Positions 47,085-56,282 of a stretch of 56,282 nucleotides of DNA are shown one piece after another (within the stretch, counting starts at the first letter, position 1; the number at the start of each line of letters is the position of its first letter). Source of the stretch: Nitrospirota bacterium (GTDB lineage Bacteria > Nitrospirota > UBA9217); the NCBI GenBank assembly GCA_029858565.1, contig JAOUEV010000015.1, positions 1-56,282 on the forward strand, written 5' to 3'. The notes beneath the pieces are model-generated. The model ran no database searches. It was not told where the DNA came from and saw only the letters and a list, made by a program, of their open reading frames with translations. Position numbers and translations under genes: made by a program.

Positions 47085-47554
47085 GGTATCTTCCACTCAT
47101 TCAGCTTTTCGGCAATACGCTCGATAAGCGATTCTTTCTTATCCCATATCTCCCTGGTCATGTCAAGGCCGAGCTCCAGGCTCTTGGGCTGGATCCCGAT
47201 GATGCATATTTCCTTCGGGTAGTTGCCTGACAGTTTGACAATGGAAAGTACGTCCATCAGTCCAAGATGATGCATTGATGCCTTCGTGGCCAGCTTGACA
47301 GGAATGGCTTCGTTCTCGAGGGTATCGATATATCCCGGCTCCTGATCGAAGTTCACCGCATCCACCATCAGGACCTTTTCCCTGCCCTCGATGAACGGAA
47401 GCAGGTCAAGACCTGCTGCACCGCCGTCGATGATCTCGACATAATCCGGAACTTCGTAACGCTTATCGAACTCATTTACCGTATGAACTCCCACGCCCTC
47501 GTCGGTCATCAGGATGTTCCCCAAGCCGAGGATCGTGATGGTCGGTTCCTGCAT
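47057..47554 (-). CDS. hybD: Hydrogenase maturation endopeptidase (HyaD/HybD family)
   Basis: ILGLGNILMTDEGVG, IDGG, VDAV, SMHH, IGIQP; RBS GGAGG. Confidence 0.93.
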   Translation of the reverse strand: MQEPTITILGLGNILMTDEGVGVHTVNEFDKRYEVPDYVEIIDGGAAGLDLLPFIEGREKVLMVDAVNFDQEPGYIDTLENEAIPVKLATKASMHHLGLMDVLSIVKLSGNYPKEICIIGIQPKSLELGLDMTREIWDKKESLIERIAEKLNEWKIPCALRSPQK

Positions 47555-47577
47555 CAAAGTGCCTACCTCCGATAAAT

Positions 47578-47621
47578 AAAAAAGCCCTCCGCCTCCGGAA
47601 GAAGGGGGCATGAGGGCTTTT
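47578..47621 (-). terminator. Putative intrinsic terminator between structural and maturation genes
   Basis: AAAAGCCCTC...GAGGGCTTTTT stem with U-tract on the minus strand. Confidence 0.6.
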
Positions 47622-47642
47622 CAGATTGTTACTGCAAGATCG

Positions 47643-49343
47643 CTAGAGGGCCTTCACCTTCACGATCTCCCCGCCCTTGGCATCGACCATGTGAATGGCG
47701 CAGGCCAGGCAGGGATCGAACGAATGGACCGTCCTGAGGACCTCCAGCGGTTTCTCCGGATCAGCAAGCGGCGTTCCCACAAGTGATGCTTCATAAGGTC
47801 CGGGCGCATCGCTCGCGTTACGCGGAGCTGCGTTCCATGTTGACGGAACAACGCACTGGTAATTCTTGATCTTTCCGCTGTCTATGACCGCCCAGTGCGA
47901 CAGGATGCCGCGCGGCGCTTCATGGAAGCCCACTCCCCGTATCTCACCGCTCGGGAAGTTAGGTGCGTTGAAGGTCTTCACATCGCCCTTTCCGATATTC
48001 GCGATCAGCGCATTCCACTGGTTCGTGCATTCATCGAGCAGCACTGCGCAGCGCACGGCACGGGCACCGATGCGGCCGATGGTGGAGTGCAGCGCAGCAG
48101 GACCGACCTTGGTCTTGGCGACCGCGCTGATCGTGTTCAGCATTTCGGTAACATACTTCTTGGTTCCGGCATGACCTGCAGCATACATGCACAGTACATT
48201 TGCCAGCGGTCCGACCTGCGCGGGCTTGCCGTTGAAAGTAGGCGCCTTGACCCAGGAATACTTCCCGTCGTACTGCATGCCCGTATGGTTCGGGTCCGTG
48301 GATTCTTCCCAGGGATGCTTGTTCCAGTCGCCTTTATACCAGGAATGCTTGATGCTTTCCTTGACGCCATTCTTGAAGTATTCGTCGTTAAAGCTCTTGA
48401 TGGGCTTGAAGGTGCCGAGGTCGCCGTTCTCGATATATCCGCCCGGAAGCGCAAAGGCGGTCCCCTTCGTGTCCATGGGCATATCAGGCGCGGAAAGATA
48501 GTTTGTGACGCCTTTGCCGTAGCCGGTCCATTCGGCATACAGTGCCGCCACAGCTGCGACATCGACCAGCATGGCATTCCTCACAAAGCCCTGCACCTCG
48601 TCGATGAGCGTTTTGATGTAGTACAGCCGCTCCATATTCAGCGCGGACTGGTTGTCCGGATTGATCGGGTTTGCCACGCCGCCAACAGCCAGGTTCTGGA
48701 TGTTCGGCGTCTTGGAACCGAGGATCGAAACGACCATGTTGATCCTTCGCTGGAAATGGAGCGCCTGGAGGTAGTGAGCCGAGGCAAGGAGGTTCACTTC
48801 CGGCGGCAGCTTCATTGCCTTATGGCCCCAGTAGCCGTTCGCGTAAATACCAAGCTGGCCGCTGGATACGAAGGTCTTGAGACGGTCCTGGACCTCTTTC
48901 ATGTGCTTGGCGCTGTTCTGGTCCCAGTTCGAAAGGCTCTCACCAAGCTGGGACGCTTTCTTGGGATCGGCCTTGAGAGCCGAGACAATATCTACCCAGT
49001 CAAGCGCGGCCAGGTGGTAAAAATGCACGATATGGTCATGAACGCCATGGGCGGCCATGATCAGGTTCCTGATGAACTGCGCGTTCAGCGGTATGTCGAG
49101 CTGCAGGGCGTTCTCTACCGACCTCACCGAGGTCAGTGCGTGTACGGACGTTCAAACCCCGCAGATGCGTTGGGTGAAGAGCCAGACCTCCCGGGCATCC
49201 CTGCCTTTCACGATATTCTCGATCCCGCGCCACATCTGGCCAGACGACCACGCCTTGGTCACCTTGCCGCCATCGGTCTCGCACTCGATGCGGAGATGGC
49301 CTTCGATCCTGGTGATAGGATCAATGACGATTCGTTTCGACAT
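47643..49343 (-). CDS. hybC: [NiFe]-hydrogenase large subunit, Hyd-2 type, 566 aa with in-frame UGA at codon 64 (predicted selenocysteine)
   Basis: Track ORFs 49152..49343 and 47643..49127 share one frame separated only by TGA: DPITRIEGH...TQRICGV-UGA-TSVHAL...; C-terminal DPCLACAIH plus a 15-aa cleavable tail. Confidence 0.9.
49117..49137 (-). promoter_or_regulatory. Putative bacterial SECIS element
   Basis: mRNA UGA-ACGUCCGUACACGC-ACUGACCUC-GGU-GAGGUCGGU: 9-bp stem (one G-U), G-initiated 3-nt loop starting 23 nt after the UGA. Confidence 0.75.
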
Positions 49344-49367
49344 GGGTTTCTGTCTCCTTCCGAAAAG

Positions 49368-50549
49368 TTATGCGTGCTCCGCCTTCGGCAGCACGGGGAA
49401 TTTCTTTACAATGTACAGGTACGCCATGATCTCGAAGGAGATCATGCCCAGGGTGATCACGGTCTCGGAGAACGACGGAAAGTAGCTCCAGTTTGCCCCC
49501 GGATTAAATCCTACCAGGAAGGTATTGAACCGGTAGACCGTCCCTGCCATGAGCATGAAGAATGCCGAAAGGAACAGCGGCTTGGGCTTTGTCCGGTTCG
49601 CCACGGGCGCGGCGTAGACCAGTGCGGCCACGTACAGGGCATTCTCGACCCAGAACATCAGGCTTTGGATATTGATCTGGAACGCGACCCCGACCGCACC
49701 CCTGACAACCAGGTCAATGATCCGGATGGCCAGATAAACGCCGATAAGACCGGGCATGACGCCTGATATTTTTGTCAGTAACGGCATCTCGATTGGCCGT
49801 TTGAATCCTACTGCCGCGTAGATCCCCTCAAAGATCACAATTGCATATCCCATGGTAATGGCCGAGATCAGGAACAGAAGCGGCAGCAACCCGGTCTGCC
49901 AGAGCGGCGAAAGCTTCTTACCGGCGATCAGCATGAGCGATCCCAGCGATGACTGGTGCATGGTCGGCAGCAGCACGCCCACGGCGATAAAGACGAACAT
50001 GAACTTGTTCAATGTTTTCCGCAGCCCCTCGACGTTCCAGTTCCGGACGAATTCAGGCAGATGCTCTTTGTACTTGCTTACCCCCTCCAGAAAAGCCGGC
50101 ATGAACTCGATCCAGAGCACGCCGATATAGAGCGACACACAGAAAGCGACTTCGAACATGATCGAGTTCGGGTTGGCGTACCACGGTGTAAAAAGCTTGT
50201 AGGCATTCCAGTAACGACCGATATCCACAAAGATCGACGCGCCGGCAAGGGTGTAGCCGAACACGCTGGCCAGGAGCGCCGGACGCACCAGAGCGTGATA
50301 CTCTCCCTTGTTCATCACATAGACCATGAGCGCCAGGGCGTAGCCGCCGCAGGCGATCGCAGTACCCGCCACAACGTCATAGGCGATCCAGATGCCCCAG
50401 GGGTATCCGTCGTTCAGGTTCGATACCGCTCCGATGCCGAAGACATAGCGGATCGCGATCAAGAGCAGAGCAAAACCGAATATCCCCGCCAGCACCTTGA
50501 AGGGCTTGGTAAGGACCTCTCCACCTAATGGTCTGCTTTCCTCTGACAT
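49368..50549 (-). CDS. hybB: NrfD/PsrC-family membrane subunit HybB
   Basis: NLNDGYPWGIWIAYDV, ACGGYA, DIGRYWN, MFEVAFC, LPTMHQSSLGSL. Confidence 0.93.
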   Translation of the reverse strand: MSEESRPLGGEVLTKPFKVLAGIFGFALLLIAIRYVFGIGAVSNLNDGYPWGIWIAYDVVAGTAIACGGYALALMVYVMNKGEYHALVRPALLASVFGYTLAGASIFVDIGRYWNAYKLFTPWYANPNSIMFEVAFCVSLYIGVLWIEFMPAFLEGVSKYKEHLPEFVRNWNVEGLRKTLNKFMFVFIAVGVLLPTMHQSSLGSLMLIAGKKLSPLWQTGLLPLLFLISAITMGYAIVIFEGIYAAVGFKRPIEMPLLTKISGVMPGLIGVYLAIRIIDLVVRGAVGVAFQINIQSLMFWVENALYVAALVYAAPVANRTKPKPLFLSAFFMLMAGTVYRFNTFLVGFNPGANWSYFPSFSETVITLGMISFEIMAYLYIVKKFPVLPKAEHA

Positions 50550-50564
50550 AGTCCTCTCCTTGGG

Positions 50565-51521
50565 TTATTTATGGTCCTTTGTGTTCTTGTGCACTACATA
50601 GAGCAGCCCTCCCAGGAATATGATGGGAGCGACCATTCCCTTGTAAATAGCATGCTGGATGGTCTCCGACCGCTGCGCATCCGAACGTTCCCCGAGCATT
50701 GGCATACCAAGCTTGTCAAAAGGCACACCGGCAAGATACAGTATCTGGGTGCCCCCGCCTTCCTTTTCCCCGTAAACCTGCGGGATATAGGGGGTAACCT
50801 CGCGCTCGGCAACGGCCTTTCCGTTCAATCGTTCAACAGGATAGACCTGCTTTGAACCTGGCTTGTACTGAAGCCTTTTCCTTGCTTCCGCAAGCAGGTC
50901 CTCGACCTTGCCGAACACCGTGGCGCCGGTGGGGCAGAACTCGGCGCATGCCGGGATCTCCCCCTTTTCCAGGCGGTGCGAGCACAGCTGGCACTTTCTG
51001 ATCTGCGGGAAAGTTTTTTCGAACTCGAACTTCGGGATGTTGTAGGGACAGGCGAGTTGACAATACCGGCAGCCGATGCAGGCGCTCTTATTGTAGCTCA
51101 CGACCCCATTCTTCGGATCCTTGGTGAGTGCGCTCACCGGACAGGCGGAAACGCAGGCGGGGTCCACGCAATGCATGCATTGCCGCTTTACATAGGCATG
51201 ACCGTCCTGCTCCCTGTCCTTGATCTCTCCAGTGCCGTTTTTGTACAGCTTGATGATGTTGTAGGTCTTGGAATCCGTGTCGAGCGGATTATCCCACAAG
51301 GGATCTTGTGGAGATGAGGAGCTTTGCGGCATTTCATTGTACTGTTTGCAGGCTGACACGCAGGCCTTGCAGCCGGTGCAGACAGTTGAGTCGTACAGGA
51401 AGCCGAGGGCATCCTTGCTGCGGGTCTTGGGATCACGCGCAAGGGCAGGATGGGCGTTGGATGCCACCAGAAGGCCGCCGGCTGCTGCAACTTTCAGGAA
51501 ATCTCTTCGCTTAATTTCCAT
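50565..51521 (-). CDS. hybA: Tat-exported 4x[4Fe-4S] subunit HybA
   Basis: KRRDFLK Tat motif, CTGCKACVSAC, CMHCVDPACVSACP, CIGCRYCQLACP, CQLC...PACAEFCP, C-terminal TM. Confidence 0.95.
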   Translation of the reverse strand: MEIKRRDFLKVAAAGGLLVASNAHPALARDPKTRSKDALGFLYDSTVCTGCKACVSACKQYNEMPQSSSSPQDPLWDNPLDTDSKTYNIIKLYKNGTGEIKDREQDGHAYVKRQCMHCVDPACVSACPVSALTKDPKNGVVSYNKSACIGCRYCQLACPYNIPKFEFEKTFPQIRKCQLCSHRLEKGEIPACAEFCPTGATVFGKVEDLLAEARKRLQYKPGSKQVYPVERLNGKAVAEREVTPYIPQVYGEKEGGGTQILYLAGVPFDKLGMPMLGERSDAQRSETIQHAIYKGMVAPIIFLGGLLYVVHKNTKDHK

Positions 51522-51541
51522 GGTTCGGTTCTCCCGTGGCC

Positions 51542-52666
51542 TTATTTTTTACCTTTCTCGTCCTCTCCCAGCTTGCCGGCAACCTTGTTCACCGCGGCAA
51601 ATGCGGCTCCCGCAGCTGCCGCTGCAACAACAACACCGGCGATCGTTGCGCCCTTGCCCTGCTGTTCCTGGGTATGCGGATAGGTATCGGGCGGAGTGAC
51701 CATGTGCAGACTTGCCCTGCTGAAGAGCGGCTTGTGAAAACCGATCCCCTTCTCAGTGCATCCGAAACAGGGGTGCCCCGTCCCGACGGGCCAGGTCCCG
51801 GCGCCCGTATCGCCGAAAAGGATCGACGGGCAGTTCGCGTGGGTCTCCGGGCCCTTGCAGCCCAGTTTATACAAGCAATAGCCCTTGCGATGGTTCTCAT
51901 CGCCGAATTCAGTCGCGAATCTTCCCGCATCAAAGTGCGGTCTGCGCTCACAGTTCTCATGAATGAGCCTGCCGTAGGCGAACATCGGCCTGGCTAGTTT
52001 GTCCAGTTCGGGAAGTTTCTTGAAGGTCACATAATAGAGGACCGTGGAAAGGAAATTGTACGGGTTGGGAGGACATCCAGGGATATTTATCACCGGCGTC
52101 TTAATACCTGCGTCTGCCAGCACCTTGTGCACAGGTGTTGCGCCTGTAGGATTAGGATCAGCCGACGGCACGCCGCCCCATGATGAGCAGGACCCGATAG
52201 CGATGATGGCCGCTGCGTCCTTGGCCGTGTCTTTCAGGATGTCGAGGGCGGTCCGTCCCGCGATCATGCAGTAGATCCCGTTGTCCTTGACGGGTATGGC
52301 GCCGTCGACCACGAGGATGAACTTGCCCTTGTTGGCCTTGATCGAGGCGGCCCGCGCTTCTTCGGCCTGATGGCCTGAAGGAGTGCTGAGCGTTTCGTGG
52401 TAATCTAGTGAGATGAGATCAAGGATGAGATGTTCCAGGGTGGGATGGGTGGCCCGTAACAGCGACTCTGTGCAACCGGTGCACTCCTGTGCCGACAACC
52501 AGATGACCGGCGGCCTCTTTGGATTGACAACTGCCTCGGCGATCTGCGCTCCAGCTCCGAGCGGCAGCCCCATGCCTGCGGCCACAATACTGCAGTATTT
52601 CAAAAAATCCCTGCGAGAAACACCGCCCAAATGCTGACTAAGGACCTTGAAATCTTTGTTCTTCAT
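51542..52666 (-). CDS. hybO: [NiFe]-hydrogenase small subunit HybO
   Basis: SRRDFLK Tat motif, ECTGCTES, GSCSSWGG, PGCPPNP, IHENCERR, CLYKLGCKGP, WPVGTGHPCFGC (Pro-type [3Fe-4S] medial site), C-terminal anchor. Confidence 0.95.
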   Translation of the reverse strand: MKNKDFKVLSQHLGGVSRRDFLKYCSIVAAGMGLPLGAGAQIAEAVVNPKRPPVIWLSAQECTGCTESLLRATHPTLEHLILDLISLDYHETLSTPSGHQAEEARAASIKANKGKFILVVDGAIPVKDNGIYCMIAGRTALDILKDTAKDAAAIIAIGSCSSWGGVPSADPNPTGATPVHKVLADAGIKTPVINIPGCPPNPYNFLSTVLYYVTFKKLPELDKLARPMFAYGRLIHENCERRPHFDAGRFATEFGDENHRKGYCLYKLGCKGPETHANCPSILFGDTGAGTWPVGTGHPCFGCTEKGIGFHKPLFSRASLHMVTPPDTYPHTQEQQGKGATIAGVVVAAAAAGAAFAAVNKVAGKLGEDEKGKK

Positions 52667-52793
52667 GCTTCCCCCTCTGCTGAAAAGGAATAAGAAAGAA
52701 TCTTATGCTCTAGATTTCTGAAATATGTCGGATGTTTACGCAGAAACAGTTAGCGCTATTGTTAACTATATAATTTCTCCTTATGTATTAATA

Positions 52794-52809
52794 AGCATTT
52801 TTCATGCCA
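52794..52809 (-). promoter_or_regulatory. Putative sigma54 promoter of the hyb operon
   Basis: Minus strand TGGCATG-AAAA-ATGCT (GG-N10-GC) within an AT-rich intergenic region, about 128 nt upstream of hybO. Confidence 0.65.
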
Positions 52810-52919
52810 CAATATTAATCTCATTATTCAATATATTGCAAATATTGAACAAGCTTTATGATGGATTTAGCTCAACTTGTTGTAACCATTTGTAACGTTT
52901 ATTAATATATTCCTGTTGT

Positions 52920-53258
52920 CTATTTATTAAACGTCTTGAGCATGTACTTAGCAATTGCCTTGGCATCATGATCTGACAGCGTCTTTTCATCGAATTTCGG
53001 CATACCAGGACCAGGATTCCGCATCAGCTTAATGATATCAGCTTCTGTCTTGATGTTATTGGCCTGGAGGTCCTTTTTATGAAGTGTTTTCTTGGGATTC
53101 ACGATATTCCCGCCGTCCTGATGGCAGACGTCACAATGCTCCTTGAACAGCACTTCTCCTGATTTAGCTGCACCGAAGCTTACCCCCACAGCTCCCGCGA
53201 TAACTCCAAAACCCAGCAATACCATGGCTAGTGACGTGATAGAAGTTCTCATATTCAT
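52920..53258 (-). CDS. Class I monoheme cytochrome c (c6/c553-like)
   Basis: Signal peptide, GEVLFKEHCDVCHQDGGNIVNPKKTL, axial Met in GPGMPKF. Confidence 0.9.
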   Translation of the reverse strand: MNMRTSITSLAMVLLGFGVIAGAVGVSFGAAKSGEVLFKEHCDVCHQDGGNIVNPKKTLHKKDLQANNIKTEADIIKLMRNPGPGMPKFDEKTLSDHDAKAIAKYMLKTFNK

Positions 53259-53439
53259 GCTATTTCGATCCTTTCTGGCCCGTAATCGCACTGCTTTTGG
53301 CTCTTCCTATTATTGACTCCATTTCAGCAATAGATAGATAGTCAGACATCTAGTCGATCAAGAAAACATTGGCATACTTTTTTAGTATAGCTGAAAAAAA
53401 GGAAATTTCAAGGAAGGCTGAACATTATGAATATATTTG

Positions 53440-54300
53440 TCAGTCGAGCTTACCTGAGGCGGAACGAATCACGAAATATCCGGAGAATACGATAAGCAGG
53501 CCACCGGCAAGGATGAGTAACGGCGGTGTTTCTGAAAAGAACACAAAAGCAAGGGGAATCGCTGCAAGTGGCTCGATGTAACCGAGGATCGCGGCGTGCT
53601 GCGCGATCACTTTTCTGAGAGCGCTGTAGTACAGGAGCGGTGCGATCGTGGAATGCAGAAGCCCTCCAACCAGCAATAGACCGATCGCAAGCGGAGTAAG
53701 CAAGTAATTGGAACCCAGGGCAAATGGGGCCGTTGCGATCGTTGTTATCCAGAGAATGAAAATGACCGCCTTATGATGCATCAGCATGCGGCTGAGTTTT
53801 CTTGATAAAAGTATCAAAAAGGCATAGGCGACACCCGATGCGGTCCCTGCAAGGATGCCCGGCATATGCTCGCTGCCGAAGTTGAGCCCTCCGTTCGCAT
53901 AGATGATCAGCGCCATACCCCCTACTGCCAGTGGCAACGACAGGATCGTTGACCGGTGAATCGGTTCATTGATCAGCAAAGGCGCCAGAACCGCCACAAA
54001 GATCGGCGCGGTATAATGGGTGAACACGGCATTAGAAACGGTCGTATGGCCGAGCGCGTAGAAATAGGTGATATTGTTCGCGATAGAGGCCGCTGCCAGG
54101 ACAGCAAAGTAGGGCCAGGTTCCGGCAATCCCTGACAGGGAGAATTCACCGCGGATATTGAGAACCAGAGGCACGGAGACGCCGGCTATGAGTGAAATAT
54201 AGAAAAGAATCACGACCGGCGGAAGTTCCATCCATCGGATCATGACGCCCCATGTGCTCCAAATGAGCATGGAAAGGACTATTTTGAGGTAGGAATTCAT
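53440..54300 (-). CDS. DMT/EamA family transporter
   Basis: About 10 TMs in two repeats, HYTAPIFVAVLAPLL.NE, GYIEPLAA. Confidence 0.9.
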   Translation of the reverse strand: MNSYLKIVLSMLIWSTWGVMIRWMELPPVVILFYISLIAGVSVPLVLNIRGEFSLSGIAGTWPYFAVLAAASIANNITYFYALGHTTVSNAVFTHYTAPIFVAVLAPLLINEPIHRSTILSLPLAVGGMALIIYANGGLNFGSEHMPGILAGTASGVAYAFLILLSRKLSRMLMHHKAVIFILWITTIATAPFALGSNYLLTPLAIGLLLVGGLLHSTIAPLLYYSALRKVIAQHAAILGYIEPLAAIPLAFVFFSETPPLLILAGGLLIVFSGYFVIRSASGKLD

Positions 54301-54304
54301 GCCG

Positions 54305-54407
54305 ATTGAGGACCGCGGAATTTGGATTGCGGATTACACCGTAATAATTAAAAACGCGGAAAATGGTCTTATGCAAATCCGCATTTCGCGCTCAGCAATC
54401 CGAAATT
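54305..54407. repeat. Degenerate heptamer inverted repeat (GGATTGC/AATCCGC family)
   Basis: CGCGGAATTTGGATTGCGGATT ... AATCCGCATTTCGCGCTCAGCAATCCGAAAT; same family as 18245-18334. Confidence 0.6.
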
Positions 54408-54409
54408 GC

Positions 54410-55675
<1,266 letters not shown>

Positions 55676-55686
55676 TTAACAACCAA

Positions 55687-55722
55687 TAAAACAAGCGGGG
55701 ATGGAAATATTCCACCCCCGCC
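55687..55722 (-). terminator. Putative terminator/attenuator hairpin between the two ahcY genes
   Basis: GCGGGGGTGGAA-TAT-TTCCATCCCCGC stem followed by TTGTTTTATT on the minus strand. Confidence 0.5.
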
Positions 55723-55748
55723 GCAAGATTACGCCTATAGCAGACCGT

Positions 55749-56282
55749 CTAGTAACGGTAGTGCTCGGTCTTGTACGGTCCGTTCACGGGCACGCCTATG
55801 TAGGCCGCCTGCGCCTCGGTAAGCGTTGTCAGCTGCGCGTTCAGCTTCTTCAGCTGCAGGCGCGCCACCTTTTCGTCAAGGTGTTTGGGCAGCGTATACA
55901 CGCCGACGGGATACTTGCTGGAGCCCTTCTGCGCTTCCGACCACAGCTCGATCTGCGCGATGGTCTGGTTGGCAAACGACGAGGACATCACATAGGACGG
56001 ATGGCCGGTGGCGCAACCGAGGTTCACGAGACGGCCCTTGGCAAGCAGGATGATGCGGTTGCCGCTGGGCATGGTCACATGGTCGACCTGCGGCTTGATC
56101 TCCTCCCAGGGATACTTCTCGATCGAGGCGACGTTGATCTCGGAATCAAAGTGGCCGATGTTGCAGACAATGGCCTGGTCCTTCATCTTCACCAGGTGCT
56201 GGTGGTCGATGACATGGTAGTTGCCCGTGGCAGTGACGAAGATATCAGCCTTGTCGCAGGCATAGTCCATGGTTACGACGCG
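55749..56282 (-). CDS. ahcY: Adenosylhomocysteinase, second copy (5' part outside the window)
   Basis: [49 protein letters not shown]-terminal [10 protein letters not shown]. Confidence 0.95.
   Translation of the reverse strand, partial: RVVTMDYACDKADIFVTATGNYHVIDHQHLVKMKDQAIVCNIGHFDSEINVASIEKYPWEEIKPQVDHVTMPSGNRIILLAKGRLVNLGCATGHPSYVMSSSFANQTIAQIELWSEAQKGSSKYPVGVYTLPKHLDEKVARLQLKKLNAQLTTLTEAQAAYIGVPVNGPYKTEHYRY

Noticed and set aside
49152-49343. 63-aa ORF as a separate small protein, with hybC a pseudogene
   Set aside because: It is the N-terminus of HybC in the same frame as the rest; the stop falls on a metal-ligand Cys and is followed by a SECIS-like hairpin in an otherwise intact operon. 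Recoding is favoured, though not proven.
51542-52666. O2-tolerant [4Fe-3S] or NiFeSe-type small subunit
   Set aside because: No supernumerary Cys at the proximal site (CTGCTES, GSCSSWGG), and the medial site has Pro, as in standard Hyd-2.

Overview
A GC-rich bacterial chromosomal segment, mostly housekeeping and energy metabolism. The gene set suggests an anaerobe from Nitrospirota or Desulfobacterota (inference only). In order: partial glmU, DUF502, a Geobacter-Oxp/Pul-like type II secretion cluster lacking GspE/GspF, der, a cbrX-cbrA-cbrB-like sensor system (the 58-aa peptide is missing from the ORF track), DJ-1/PfpI, TraR/DksA, a cytochrome c + CopD-like + cytochrome b5 fusion, rpsF-ssb-rpsR-DUF2232 with an S6:S18 leader, DUF507 x2, GAF-GGDEF, ECF sigma/anti-sigma/Spy-like trio, YkgJ, Nudix, glgP, REC-HD-GYP, a MacB-type ABC/NosL/DUF4418 module, CAP, a c-di-GMP-I riboswitch-controlled CBS protein, and a NupC transporter. 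An AT-rich islet follows (REP doublet, attC-like site, creD, orphan vapB), then PAP2, a complete Hyd-2-type [NiFe]-hydrogenase operon with hyp genes, cytochrome c6-like, EamA and two tandem ahcY genes of different types. Most striking: the hydrogenase large subunit has an in-frame UGA at the second (bridging) Cys of the N-terminal RxCGxC motif, followed by a SECIS-like hairpin. This predicts selenocysteine at a position different from canonical [NiFeSe] enzymes. The same operon has a HypC-HypA fusion and a HypF with in-frame repeat-derived insertions. All calls are from manual motif recognition; no database searches or folding programs were run.
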